64,000 bases of DNA from contig CAVYJM010000006.1 in NCBI GenBank assembly GCA_963768855.1, positions 512,001 to 576,000 on the forward strand. Direction: 5' to 3'. Source of the stretch: an uncultured Thermoplasmata archaeon (lineage in GTDB: Archaea > Thermoplasmatota > Thermoplasmata > RBG-16-68-12). Position 1 is the first letter of the stretch. The number at the start of each line of letters is the position of its first letter. The translations under genes were made by a program, and so were the position numbers. Of the stretch, positions 28,727 through 37,859 are shown piece after piece. The notes below the pieces were generated by a model that made no database searches, had not been told where the DNA came from, and saw only the letters and a program-made list of their open reading frames with translations.

Positions 28727-29540
28727 GTGGGACGGCCGCGGCCCGGGGCACGTTTCTGTCCCGGGCCCGTTCGAGCTGATCCGCCGTCACGAATCCCCGG
28801 TCCAGCGCGAGCGCGCGGAGGGCGGTGTACGCGAACTCGGCCAGGGGCTCTAGGTTCACGACGTCCTCGAGGTTGTACGCGACGAGGGTCTCGAGCGCAT
28901 CGTCGTTCCCCGCTTCGTATTCGCCCCACAGACGGATCGCGTCGAATCCGCTCATTCCCGCCGTCTCGTCGCTGCGCTCGATGCCGAGGCGGCGCTCGAT
29001 CTTCTTCAGCCCTCCCCAGTACCCGAGCCTGTGCAGGGGATTCATCAGGTCGAGGTGGAGCTGGTCGAGCCGCAGGCGCGGGAAGGCGCGCCGCAGGAAG
29101 GGCACGTCGAACCGCATCCCGTTGAACGTGACGAGCAGCTGCGCCTCGTCCAGGGCTTCGGCCAGCTCCTCGAGGTTGACTCCCTTGATGAAGGACCGCT
29201 TGCGGCGGCCGTCGTACACGCCCACCACAGTGACCGCGTCCCGGCCGATGTCGAGTCCCGTGGTCTCGATGTCTAGGTACGCGACGCGGCTCCGGAACTC
29301 GGGCCACGCCCGCCAATGCTCCCGCGTCGGGAGGCGGCGGGTGAAGTACCGGTAGCGCCCGCGGCGCAGCGCTTCTTCGGATCGTCCGATCTCCTCCTCG
29401 AGGGTCGCCCGGAGATGCGGGGGTAGCGCGGACACCCTCTCCGTCCCGATGTCGTCCCAGGAACTGAGGCCCAGTTGCCAGAGCCGTTCCTCCGTCCGGT
29501 ACCCGACCCCGGGGACGTGGACGAAGGTCTGGCGCAGCAT
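28695..29540 (-). CDS. YprB/RNase H-like DEDD exonuclease with N-terminal HhH-like segment
   Basis: YLDIETTG, TFNGMRFDVPFL, GGLKKIE and YNLEDV motifs. Confidence 0.88.
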   Translation of the reverse strand: MLRQTFVHVPGVGYRTEERLWQLGLSSWDDIGTERVSALPPHLRATLEEEIGRSEEALRRGRYRYFTRRLPTREHWRAWPEFRSRVAYLDIETTGLDIGRDAVTVVGVYDGRRKRSFIKGVNLEELAEALDEAQLLVTFNGMRFDVPFLRRAFPRLRLDQLHLDLMNPLHRLGYWGGLKKIERRLGIERSDETAGMSGFDAIRLWGEYEAGNDDALETLVAYNLEDVVNLEPLAEFAYTALRALALDRGFVTADQLERARDRNVPRAAAVPPRGSEASRSG

Positions 29541-29634
29541 CGCTCCGGGCGGAGTGGGAGGCAGGGCATAGCCGTTGCGGCCGGGTGCGCGAAGCGCTCG
29601 CAAAGCCCTTTACCGTGGGCCCCCATGGCCGCGC

Positions 29635-31590
29635 GTGTTCGAGCTGACGGCCCGGGATGGTCTGGCCCGCCAGGGGGTCCTCGAGACGCGCCACGGCCGG
29701 GTCGCGACCCCGGCGCTCCTCCCTGTCGTGAACCCGAACCATCCGATCGTGTCGCCGAAGGACCTCGCCGTCCGCTTCGGCGCCGAGATTCTGATCACGA
29801 ACGCCTACATCCTGGGAAAGGGCGCCCTGCGGGAGCCTGTCCTCCGCCAGGGCGTGCACGGATTGCTCGACTTCCCCCGCGTCATCATGACGGACTCCGG
29901 GGCCTTCCAGTCCCACGTCTACGGGGACGTCGAGGTCACGAACCCCGAGGTCATCGGGTTCCAGCGGGCCATCGGCTCCGACCTGGGGACGATGCTCGAC
30001 CCGTTCTCCGAACCGGAGCATCCGCTCGCCCGCGCCCAGGCCGACGTCGACGAGACGATCGCCCGGGCGAAGGAGGCCGTCGCCCTGCGCGGGGAGATGG
30101 ATCTCGTCGGCGCGGTCCAGGGAGGCCTCCACGAGCCGTTGCGGGAGCGCTGCGCACGCGAGGTCTCCTCGCTGGACATCGCGGTGGCCGCAATCGGCGG
30201 CGTGGTCCCCCTCATGGAATCGTACCGCTTCCGGGACCTGGTCCGCGTGATCCTCGCCTCGAAGAAAGGGCTCGACCCCTCGAAGCCCGTGCACCTGTTC
30301 GGCGCGGGACACCCCCTCGTGTTCCCCCTCGCAGCCCTCCTGGGATGCGACCTGTTCGATTCTGCGGCCTACGCGAAGTACGCCCGGGACGGACGCATGC
30401 TGTTCGCGGACGGCACGCGGCACGCTTCGGAGGTCCGGGAGAGCGGCTGCGCGTGTCCAGTCTGCGCAGCGCACCCCATGGCCGAGATCGCGAAGGACGA
30501 GGTCCTCCTCGCGGAGCACAACCTGCACGTCTCCTTCGCCGCGGTCCGCGAGGTCCGCCGGGCCATCGGCGCAGGGGAGATCTGGGAACTCGCGGAACGG
30601 CGGGCCCGCGCGCACCCCGCCCTCCTCGACGCGATGCGGGAGCTGCGCCGCCACAACGACTTCCTCGAGGAGTCCGAGCCGCTGTCCAGGCCTGGCGCAA
30701 TGTACTACGTGGGCCCGGAGACCGCGCACCGCCCGGTCCTGCACCGGTACCGGCGCCGACTCGAGGAACGCTATGCGACGCCGCCGGCGCGAGGTCTCCT
30801 CGTGCTTCCGGAAGGGCCCCGACCCTATGGGGAGCGGTACCGCGGCATCGTCGAGCGGGCCCTCTCCGCCGCGGATGTTCATCCCGTGGTCAAGTCCGTC
30901 TGGGGGCCCGTGCCGATCGAGCTGGACGCCGTCTGGCCTCTGTCCCAGTCGATCATTCCCGACACCCTGGATCCCGAAGCCCTGGAGGCCGCGGAGGTGT
31001 TCTTCCGCCAGTGGGCCGCGGGAGCCGGATACGGTTTCGGCGTGCTGTGGGAAGGGGACGCAACCCTCGGGGAGCTCCGCGCCCGAGCGCCCGGTCCTCG
31101 GTCCGTCGAGTGGAACCTGCTGCGTGTGCGAGCGACGGCCGATTTCCAGTTCGGGCGGGGCGCCGCCGAGACCCTCCTCCGCGGTCCGCTTTCGTTCGTG
31201 GTTTCGAAGAACACGGGCAAGGTCCGCAACGTGTTGGCCGACGGCCAGCACATCCTGTCCCTGCGCGCGGAGGACGGCTTGTTCACGCTGAAGGCCGCGG
31301 GCGCGGTGCGGCTCCACGCCGCTTTCCCGTCCCCGCGCCTCCGGGTCGTCGCCCACCCGGACGCAATCCCTTTCCTCCGAGACGGGAAGAACCTGTTCGC
31401 GAAGTTCGTAAAGGAGGCCGACCCGGGGATCCGGCCCGGCGACGAGGTCCTCGTCGTGTCCCCCGAGGACGAGCTGGGCGCGGTCGCGCGTGCGGCGATG
31501 AACCGCCGCGAGATGCTCGCCTTCAAGCGCGGCGTCGCCGCCTTCGTCCGCGAGGGCGTGCCGCCTCCGCCGTCCGCTCCGCCACGCTGA
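29635..31590 (+). CDS. tgtA: Archaeosine tRNA-guanine(15) transglycosylase with PUA domain
   Basis: MTDSGAFQ, HLFGAGHP, GCDLFDSAAY and CACPVC motifs; C-terminal PUA domain. Confidence 0.95.
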   Translation: MFELTARDGLARQGVLETRHGRVATPALLPVVNPNHPIVSPKDLAVRFGAEILITNAYILGKGALREPVLRQGVHGLLDFPRVIMTDSGAFQSHVYGDVEVTNPEVIGFQRAIGSDLGTMLDPFSEPEHPLARAQADVDETIARAKEAVALRGEMDLVGAVQGGLHEPLRERCAREVSSLDIAVAAIGGVVPLMESYRFRDLVRVILASKKGLDPSKPVHLFGAGHPLVFPLAALLGCDLFDSAAYAKYARDGRMLFADGTRHASEVRESGCACPVCAAHPMAEIAKDEVLLAEHNLHVSFAAVREVRRAIGAGEIWELAERRARAHPALLDAMRELRRHNDFLEESEPLSRPGAMYYVGPETAHRPVLHRYRRRLEERYATPPARGLLVLPEGPRPYGERYRGIVERALSAADVHPVVKSVWGPVPIELDAVWPLSQSIIPDTLDPEALEAAEVFFRQWAAGAGYGFGVLWEGDATLGELRARAPGPRSVEWNLLRVRATADFQFGRGAAETLLRGPLSFVVSKNTGKVRNVLADGQHILSLRAEDGLFTLKAAGAVRLHAAFPSPRLRVVAHPDAIPFLRDGKNLFAKFVKEADPGIRPGDEVLVVSPEDELGAVARAAMNRREMLAFKRGVAAFVREGVPPPPSAPPR

Positions 31591-31780
31591 CGCATGCGAG
31601 GTAGTCGTCGAGCGTGTGGAGGAGGGACATCGGGGCGTCCGCCGTCGCCGTCGCGAAGATTGTCGTCCCCTTGCGGCGCGTCCGGATGTACCCCTGGTCG
31701 TCCAGGGAGACGGACTCGGCGACGGCCTTTGCGAGGGCGGCGTCCGGGTAGGTCAGCGTGACCGTCGCGCGGGACTTCAT
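31523..31780 (-). CDS. pcc1: KEOPS complex subunit Pcc1
   Basis: 85-aa protein with the AESVSLDD...SLLHTLDDYL pattern; located among tRNA-modification genes. Confidence 0.75.
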   Translation of the reverse strand: MKSRATVTLTYPDAALAKAVAESVSLDDQGYIRTRRKGTTIFATATADAPMSLLHTLDDYLACVSVAERTAEAARPRGRRRRRRA

Positions 31781-31784
31781 GGGA

Positions 31785-31857
31785 TAGCCCCGGGCAGATT
31801 CGAACTGCCGTCGCGGGTTCCAAAGACCCGAATGCTTGACCACTACACCACGGGGCT
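31785..31857 (-). tRNA. tRNA-Gln(TTG)
   Basis: AGCCCCG/CGGGGCT acceptor stem with A1-U72, CGGGT-CTTTGGA-ACCCG anticodon arm, GTTCGAATC T-loop. Confidence 0.97.
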
Positions 31858-33141
31858 GCGGGCGTGCATTTCCTCGGGCGTATAAAGCCCATCCGTCACG
31901 ACGTGCCCGAAGAGGTCCGTCGCGCGCGCAGCATCGATCCGCACCCGGACGAATTCGCCCAGGGGCGCGTCCTCGTGAATCACGACCTGCCGGTAGTCCG
32001 CCGTCCGCGCGAGGACGGTCCCCTCCTTTCCCATCTCCGTCACCAGGACGTCCACCTCATCCCCCACGAGGGCCTGGTGGATCTCGCGGGCGATCGCGAA
32101 GCGGAGGGACGTGAGCCTCCGTGAGCGGTACTTCACCCGCCATCCCACGACTGGGTCGGGCATCGAGGCCGCAGGCGTTCCCGGACGGGCCGAGAAACGC
32201 GTGACGTTCACGATGTCCGGACGGACACGGCGCATCAGGTCCATCGTGGCCTCGAACTGGTCCTCGGTCTCCCCCGGGAAGCCGACGATCGCATCCGTGG
32301 AGAGGGTCAGTGCGGGGAAGGCCCGCCGGAACGCGGCCACGATCGCCTCGAACTCCGCGACCGAGTACTCGCGCCGCATGCTCGCGAGGACCTCGTCGTC
32401 TCCGCTCTGGACCGGCAGGTGCAGGAACTTGAAGACCTTCTCGGAACGGTACGCGTCGACCAGATCCTCGGCGATCGGGAGGACCGTGAGTGGATCGGCC
32501 ATGCCGACTCGGACGCGGAACTCCCCCGGGACCGCGTCGATCGCGCGTAGCAGGTCGGCAAGGTTCGACCCGCTGTCCCGTCCGTAGGCTCCCGTGTCTT
32601 GCCCGGTGAGCTTGATCTCCCTGGCGCCGCGGTCCACCTCCCTCCGGACGCGCGCGACGAGGTCGTCGACGGGATAGGACGTCACGGAGCCGCGGGCAAC
32701 CCGCGTGATGCAGTACGTGCAGCGGCCCGCGCATCCCTGCGCGATGGGGACGATGGCGTCCCGCCATCCGAGCGCCTGCGCCTCCGCGTCCGCCGCGCGG
32801 TCCGCGCAGGCGGTGCCCTCCCCGAGGAGGCTCACGATCTGCGTCCACTTCCGCGGCGGGAGCAGCTTGGCGCGAGGCACGAGCGCGCGGACGCGCTCCC
32901 GCTGCGCCGCCGCCATGCAGCCCGCGACGACGAGCGGCCCGTCGTGCGACGCGAGCTCCTTCATCCGACGGACCATCTTCCGTTCTGTGGCCTCGATGAC
33001 CGTGCAGGTCACGAGGACGTGGGCGTCGGCCTCGGCCTCCGAACGCGTGAGGGTGTGGCCGTTCGCGGCGAGGGCCTCCTGCATGAGCCGGGCCTCGCCG
33101 TAGTTCTGCGTGCAGCCGTACGCCTCGACGTACACCTTCAC
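31843..33141 (-). CDS. mtaB: tRNA t6A37 methylthiotransferase (MiaB-like radical SAM, UPF0004 and TRAM domains)
   Basis: YGCTQN, CTVI, GCMA, CAGRCTYC and FLHLPVQSG motifs; C-terminal TRAM domain. Confidence 0.92.
   Translation of the reverse strand: MKVYVEAYGCTQNYGEARLMQEALAANGHTLTRSEAEADAHVLVTCTVIEATERKMVRRMKELASHDGPLVVAGCMAAAQRERVRALVPRAKLLPPRKWTQIVSLLGEGTACADRAADAEAQALGWRDAIVPIAQGCAGRCTYCITRVARGSVTSYPVDDLVARVRREVDRGAREIKLTGQDTGAYGRDSGSNLADLLRAIDAVPGEFRVRVGMADPLTVLPIAEDLVDAYRSEKVFKFLHLPVQSGDDEVLASMRREYSVAEFEAIVAAFRRAFPALTLSTDAIVGFPGETEDQFEATMDLMRRVRPDIVNVTRFSARPGTPAASMPDPVVGWRVKYRSRRLTSLRFAIAREIHQALVGDEVDVLVTEMGKEGTVLARTADYRQVVIHEDAPLGEFVRVRIDAARATDLFGHVVTDGLYTPEEMHARSPVV
31880..31887 (-). 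promoter_or_regulatory. TATA box of tRNA-Gln inside the mtaB 3' end
   Basis: Minus-strand CTTTATA about 25 nt upstream of the tRNA 5' end. Confidence 0.6.
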
Positions 33142-33249
33142 GAGCCGCTCGAACGCGAGATGGGTATTTTTCCCTTGGGCCGCGACCTCAAGCCGCGTCC
33201 GGATTCGGTACACAACCCTTATCCCCGAGCCGGATGTTCCCGGCCTATC

Positions 33250-33501
33250 ATGACCTACCAAGGTCAGCCGGAGGAGATGCCCCCGCCCCCGCCGCCTCGC
33301 CCCGCGTCGGGCGAGCTGCGCGACCGGGCGAAGGCCGCGAAGCTGCGGCACAAGGCGGCCAAGGCGAAACTGAAGGCCCACACGCTCAAGGAGCGCGCGT
33401 TGCGTCTCGAGGACAAGGCGTCGTCCTGGGAGAACCGCGCGGATGAACTCGACGGCGTTACGCGGGCCCCGCCGACTCCACCCCTACCGCCGGACGAGTG
33501 A
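33250..33501 (+). CDS. Small coiled-coil protein with proline-rich ends (83 aa)
   Basis: MTYQGQPEEMPPPPPP...helix...PPTPPLPPDE; TATA-like CCTTATC upstream. Confidence 0.65.
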   Translation: MTYQGQPEEMPPPPPPRPASGELRDRAKAAKLRHKAAKAKLKAHTLKERALRLEDKASSWENRADELDGVTRAPPTPPLPPDE

Positions 33502-33719
33502 CCAGCGGTCCGTGGGCGGGGATCGAAAGGTTGGGCCGCAGGGCGTAGCCCCGGGATGCGATTTGGTTTACATATTCGGTTTCAAGATACAGCGAGAGCA
33601 CCGGGCTCTGCGTCTTCGTGAGTTTGCACATGCCCATCCCGCGGAACACATGGGGCGACGGGACACTTGAACTTATGTCAAGCCGAAGGTTCATTCCGGA
33701 CCGCCGGCTGTCCCGGCGC

Positions 33720-34379
33720 ATGCCCCGCCGCCGTGACCCGAACTGGGCCGCCATCGACGCGCCGCTCGCGGACTACATCGACGCCCTCGCGAACCGCGGA
33801 GGCGACGTGCTCGCCGGGGTCGAGGAGGTCGGCCTCCGCGACGACTGGCCGATCGTCGGGGCGGCAGAGGGCAGCTTCCTCCATATCCTCGCGAAGAGTC
33901 TGGGGGCGCGTCGCATCCTCGAGCTCGGCACGGCGATCGGCTACTCGGGGACGTGGCTCGCCCGGGCGTTGTCGCCGGACGGCGAGCTAATCACGGTCGA
34001 GGCCGACCCGGAGACCGCCCAGATCGCCGCCGCGAACCTCGAGAAGACGGGCGTGAAGGACCGCGTGACGATCCTCGTGGGCCCGGCCCAGGAGGTCGTG
34101 GAGGATCTCGAGGGGCCTTTTGACCTGATCTTCGTCGACATCAACAAGGATGGCTACCCGGAGATCCTCGAGCCCTGCATCCAACGGCTACGGGTGGGCG
34201 GCCTGCTCGTGACGGACAATGTCCTGTGGAAGGGCGCGGTGGCGGACCCGAAGGACCGCTCCCGGGACACCGCGGCGATCCGCACCTACAACGAGCGCCT
34301 CGCCCGGGACCCGCGGATGCTCGCGGTGATCCTCCCGCTCCGGGACGGCGTCTCGGTCGCCCTGAAGCTCTGGGCGTGA
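33720..34379 (+). CDS. Class I SAM O-methyltransferase (CCoAOMT/Methyltransf_3-like)
   Basis: LELGTAIGYS, FDLIFVDINK and DNVLWKG motifs. Confidence 0.92.
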   Translation: MPRRRDPNWAAIDAPLADYIDALANRGGDVLAGVEEVGLRDDWPIVGAAEGSFLHILAKSLGARRILELGTAIGYSGTWLARALSPDGELITVEADPETAQIAAANLEKTGVKDRVTILVGPAQEVVEDLEGPFDLIFVDINKDGYPEILEPCIQRLRVGGLLVTDNVLWKGAVADPKDRSRDTAAIRTYNERLARDPRMLAVILPLRDGVSVALKLWA

Positions 34380-34421
34380 TGCGGCGAGGATTCATATCGA
34401 GCCGGTCCCTCTCCCCGATTC

Positions 34422-35717
34422 GTGGTACGCAAGCGCCCCCGCGAGCACCTCTTCGTCGAGACGGACGGACAGGTGTACCTGGTCCGCGACCACGGCAAGC
34501 TCCGCTTCCCGCGCAAGGGAGATCGTCTCGCCTTCCGGACGCTCCCCGGTGCCCGGATGGACTTCCCGGAGGACGTCGTCCACAAAGTGAAGCCGGTCCT
34601 CGACTACCACCCGGAGGAGTGGTACCAGCGGGACGAGATCTTCGACCGCGACGACGTCGACGGCCTCGTGAAGCGCGCGATCTATGCGACGATGATTCGG
34701 TGCGTCTCGGAGGTCGTGATCTCGAAGGGGACGCGGGTCCTCCTGGTCAAGGCGGTCCGCGGCTTCTCCAAAGGGCACTGGAACCTCCCGGGCGGGTTCA
34801 TGGACTACGGCGAGGGCCCCGAGGCGGGCGTGCTCCGCGAGGCGGAGGAGGAGACCGGCGCCCCCGTCGTGCTCGACGGTCCACTCAACATCTACACGTC
34901 CGGGTTCCCCGGGAAGCCGTCGTACACGCTGGGGTTCCTGTTCAAGGGCCATGTGGCCTCGGAGGCCTTCCACGTCAAGCCGGACGAGATCGAGCGCGTG
35001 GATTGGTACACCGTGGACAAGGCCCTCACGCTCACGCGCAATCCCTTCGCGAAGTGGGGCCTCGTCGACTTCTTCCTCCAGTCTCCGGAGGCGAGGCGGG
35101 CGCTCCACGTGAGGCGCCACGGGCTCTCGGACGGGACGGATCGGGTCCTGAAGCCGACCGTGTTCCTCGACCGGGATGGCGTGATCAACCGCGGCCGCAA
35201 GGGGTACGTCCGGACCCCTGACTCCTTCGAGTTCCTCCCCGGCGCGATCGAGGGGATGCGGACCCTCCAGGCCGCGGGGTGGCGCATGGTCGTGGTCACG
35301 AACCAGGACATGATGGGCTGGAAGCTCGTCCCGGAGCGCCAGCTCCGGCGTATCCACGAACGGATGCTCGCGGGCCTCCGGAAAGAGGGCGTCCACATCG
35401 CGGAGATCTACTACTGTCCCCATCACGTGCTCTCGGATTGTGCCTGCCGCAAGCCCCGGCCGGGCATGCTACTCGCCGCGGCCCGCGACCTCGGCGTGAA
35501 CCCCCGGAACGCGTGGATGATCGGGGACAAGGTCCTCGACGTGGAACTCGGCCGGGCTTTCGGATGCCGCACGGCGTGGGTCGGACCGAAGGAGTGGCGC
35601 GCTCGGTTCCGAGAGGCGATGCGGCCCTGGCACCCCGATGTCGTGGCGGACGACCTTCGGCAGGCCGCGAAGAAGATCGCGACCGCCGGGTCGTCTCCGC
35701 GACCCAATCACCGCTGA
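34422..35717 (+). CDS. NUDIX hydrolase fused to HAD-IIIA (GmhB/HisB-like) phosphatase
   Basis: Nudix box GGFMDYGEGPEAGVLREAEEETG; DRDGVIN, VTNQ, CPH...CACRKP and GDK motifs. Confidence 0.88.
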   Translation: MVRKRPREHLFVETDGQVYLVRDHGKLRFPRKGDRLAFRTLPGARMDFPEDVVHKVKPVLDYHPEEWYQRDEIFDRDDVDGLVKRAIYATMIRCVSEVVISKGTRVLLVKAVRGFSKGHWNLPGGFMDYGEGPEAGVLREAEEETGAPVVLDGPLNIYTSGFPGKPSYTLGFLFKGHVASEAFHVKPDEIERVDWYTVDKALTLTRNPFAKWGLVDFFLQSPEARRALHVRRHGLSDGTDRVLKPTVFLDRDGVINRGRKGYVRTPDSFEFLPGAIEGMRTLQAAGWRMVVVTNQDMMGWKLVPERQLRRIHERMLAGLRKEGVHIAEIYYCPHHVLSDCACRKPRPGMLLAAARDLGVNPRNAWMIGDKVLDVELGRAFGCRTAWVGPKEWRARFREAMRPWHPDVVADDLRQAAKKIATAGSSPRPNHR

Positions 35718-35879
35718 GTCAGGCCAGGTCGCCCCGCACTTCGGGCAAGGGACCGCGGAACTCAAGCATTTCCCGCAGCCAGGTCGAATGGCAGGTGGGA
35801 AAACTCTTGCGGGCCGAGCTCCGCTCGCCCGCAAACTCTTATCCTCTGGGCTCCTTGCGGCCTCCCGCGGGTGAACGCG

Positions 35880-37376
35880 ATGGTCCAGGAATACGGCCTC
35901 TTCTTCAACGGGAAATGGCACAAGTCCGAGGGGAAGCGATTCGAGACCCGGAATCCCGCGACCGGGGAGGTCCTCGCGACCTTCCCGCTGGCCACCCCGA
36001 TCGAGGTCGCGGCCGCGATCAAGTCCGCGAAGGGCGCGTTCGAGGCGTGGCGCAAGACGCCGGCCCCCCGCCGCGGGGACCTCCTGCTCGAGGCCGCGAC
36101 GGTCATGAAGCGGAAGAAGGAGGAGCTGGGCCGCGTCGTGACCTCCGAGATGGGGAAGGTCATCGCGGAGGGCCGCGGCGACGTCCAGGAGGCGATCGAC
36201 TTCTACACTTACGCCGCGGGCGAGGGCCGCCGCATGTTCGGCGAGACGGTCCCTTCGGAGCTCCCGAACAAGATGTGCATGACCGTCCGGCTCCCGGTGG
36301 GTCCGGTCGGCCTCATCACTCCCTGGAACTTCCCCGTCGCGATTCCAGGATGGAAAAGCGGGGCCGCCCTGATCGCGGGTTGCCCGATCGTGTTCAAGCC
36401 CTCTTCCCTCACGCCGCTGTGCGGGGCGAAGTTCGTGGAGTGCCTCGACGAGGCGGGTTTCCCGCCCGGGGTCGTCAACATGCTCACGGGGAGCGGATCC
36501 GTCGTGGGCGACGGCATCGTGGCCCACCCCGACATCCGTGCCGTCTCCTTCACGGGCGGCGTGGACACGGGGAGGCACGTATACGAGAGCGCGGCGAAGA
36601 AGATGATCAAGGTCGGGCTCGAACTCGGCGGGAAGAACGCGATCATCGCGATGGACGACGCGAACCTCGAGCTCCTCCTCGACGGCGTCCTGTTCGGGGC
36701 CTTCGGGACGGCCGGGCAGCGGTGCACCGCAACGTCCCGCCTCATCGTGCACGAGAAGATCTACGACCGTGTCGTCGGCGATCTGGTCGAACGCGCCTCG
36801 CGCCTCAAAGTGGGCAACCCGATCGACGAGAGGACGGACATGGGGCCCGTGGCCTCCGGTGACCAGGAAAAGAAGGTCCTCGAGTACATCGCCATCGGGA
36901 AGAAGGAAGGCGGCACGCTCCTGACCGGCGGCCAGAAACTCACCGGCGGGCCGTTTGCGAAAGGCTTCTTCGTCCAGCCCACGATCTTCGCGGTCGACCG
37001 AGACAGCCGCCTCGCCCAGGAGGAGATCTTCGGGCCCGTGCTCAGTGTGATCAAGGCGAAGGGCTACGAGGACGCCGTCGCCATCGCGAACTCGGTGAAG
37101 TACGGCCTCAGCTCGTCGATCTACACGAACGACCTCCGGTGGGCCTTCCGGGCGATGCAGGATCTCGAGGCCGGGATTACGTACGTGAACGCGCCGACGA
37201 TCGGCGCGGAGGTCCAGCTGCCCTTCGGCGGGACGAAGGAGACGGGTCCCACCGACACTCGGGAAGCGGGGACGACCGCGCTCGAGGAATTCACATACTG
37301 GAAGACCATCTACGTGGACTACTCGGGACGGCTGCAGAAGGCGCAGATCGACACGGCCCGCCTCGCGGGCGGGTAG
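35880..37376 (+). CDS. Aldehyde dehydrogenase
   Basis: TPWNFP, FTGG, LELGGKN, GQRCTA and EEIFGPV motifs. Confidence 0.95.
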   Translation: MVQEYGLFFNGKWHKSEGKRFETRNPATGEVLATFPLATPIEVAAAIKSAKGAFEAWRKTPAPRRGDLLLEAATVMKRKKEELGRVVTSEMGKVIAEGRGDVQEAIDFYTYAAGEGRRMFGETVPSELPNKMCMTVRLPVGPVGLITPWNFPVAIPGWKSGAALIAGCPIVFKPSSLTPLCGAKFVECLDEAGFPPGVVNMLTGSGSVVGDGIVAHPDIRAVSFTGGVDTGRHVYESAAKKMIKVGLELGGKNAIIAMDDANLELLLDGVLFGAFGTAGQRCTATSRLIVHEKIYDRVVGDLVERASRLKVGNPIDERTDMGPVASGDQEKKVLEYIAIGKKEGGTLLTGGQKLTGGPFAKGFFVQPTIFAVDRDSRLAQEEIFGPVLSVIKAKGYEDAVAIANSVKYGLSSSIYTNDLRWAFRAMQDLEAGITYVNAPTIGAEVQLPFGGTKETGPTDTREAGTTALEEFTYWKTIYVDYSGRLQKAQIDTARLAGG

Positions 37377-37412
37377 CCGCGGCGGATCCGCAGACCGGCA
37401 CGGGCGGTCGGA

Positions 37413-37781
37413 TCACCGCTTCGCCCGCTCTCCCGTGGGACGCTCCCTGTCAGTCCGGAACTCGTAGTCGCGGACCACGCGGCACATCTCGATACGGTAG
37501 GGGTCGTAGAACTCCTCGCGACCCTTCCGCTAGGCCCCGAGGTGTTCCGGTTCGCGCCTCCGCGCTTCCAACGACTTCTCGTCCGCGAAGCGGGCGATGT
37601 CGAGGACCTCCCCGTCCTCGCTGGTGTACTCCTTCAGCGAGATGAAGCCGGGCCACGGGTCCACGAGCTCGTGCATCCGCTCGGAGGTGCGCCGGTACGC
37701 CCTCGCGTCTGTGCCCTTCCGGAGGTGGAGGTCGAAGATTACGATGACTTCCTTCGGGTCCTTGACGCGGCGGTAGGGCAC
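37413..37781 (-). pseudogene. ABM-family monooxygenase-like gene interrupted by an in-frame TAG at 37530-37532
   Basis: PGFISLKEY...HLGA*RKGREEFYDPYRIE: ABM-like sequence continues in frame past the amber to TGA at 37413. Confidence 0.7.
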
Positions 37782-37859
37782 CTTCCCTCGCTCCCGGGCC
37801 ATTCAGCCCGGACCCGGCAGACGCCGGACGGCTCAAGACCCTTTGCCGGATGGCGGGGT

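Noticed and set aside
28695-29540. Cas4/defence nuclease
   Set aside because: DEDD RNase H-like motifs without an Fe-S cysteine pattern; no cas context.
33443-33754. ORFs 33443-33670 (+) and 33458-33754 (-)
   Set aside because: Overlap neighbouring genes; no RBS, motif or typical codon usage.
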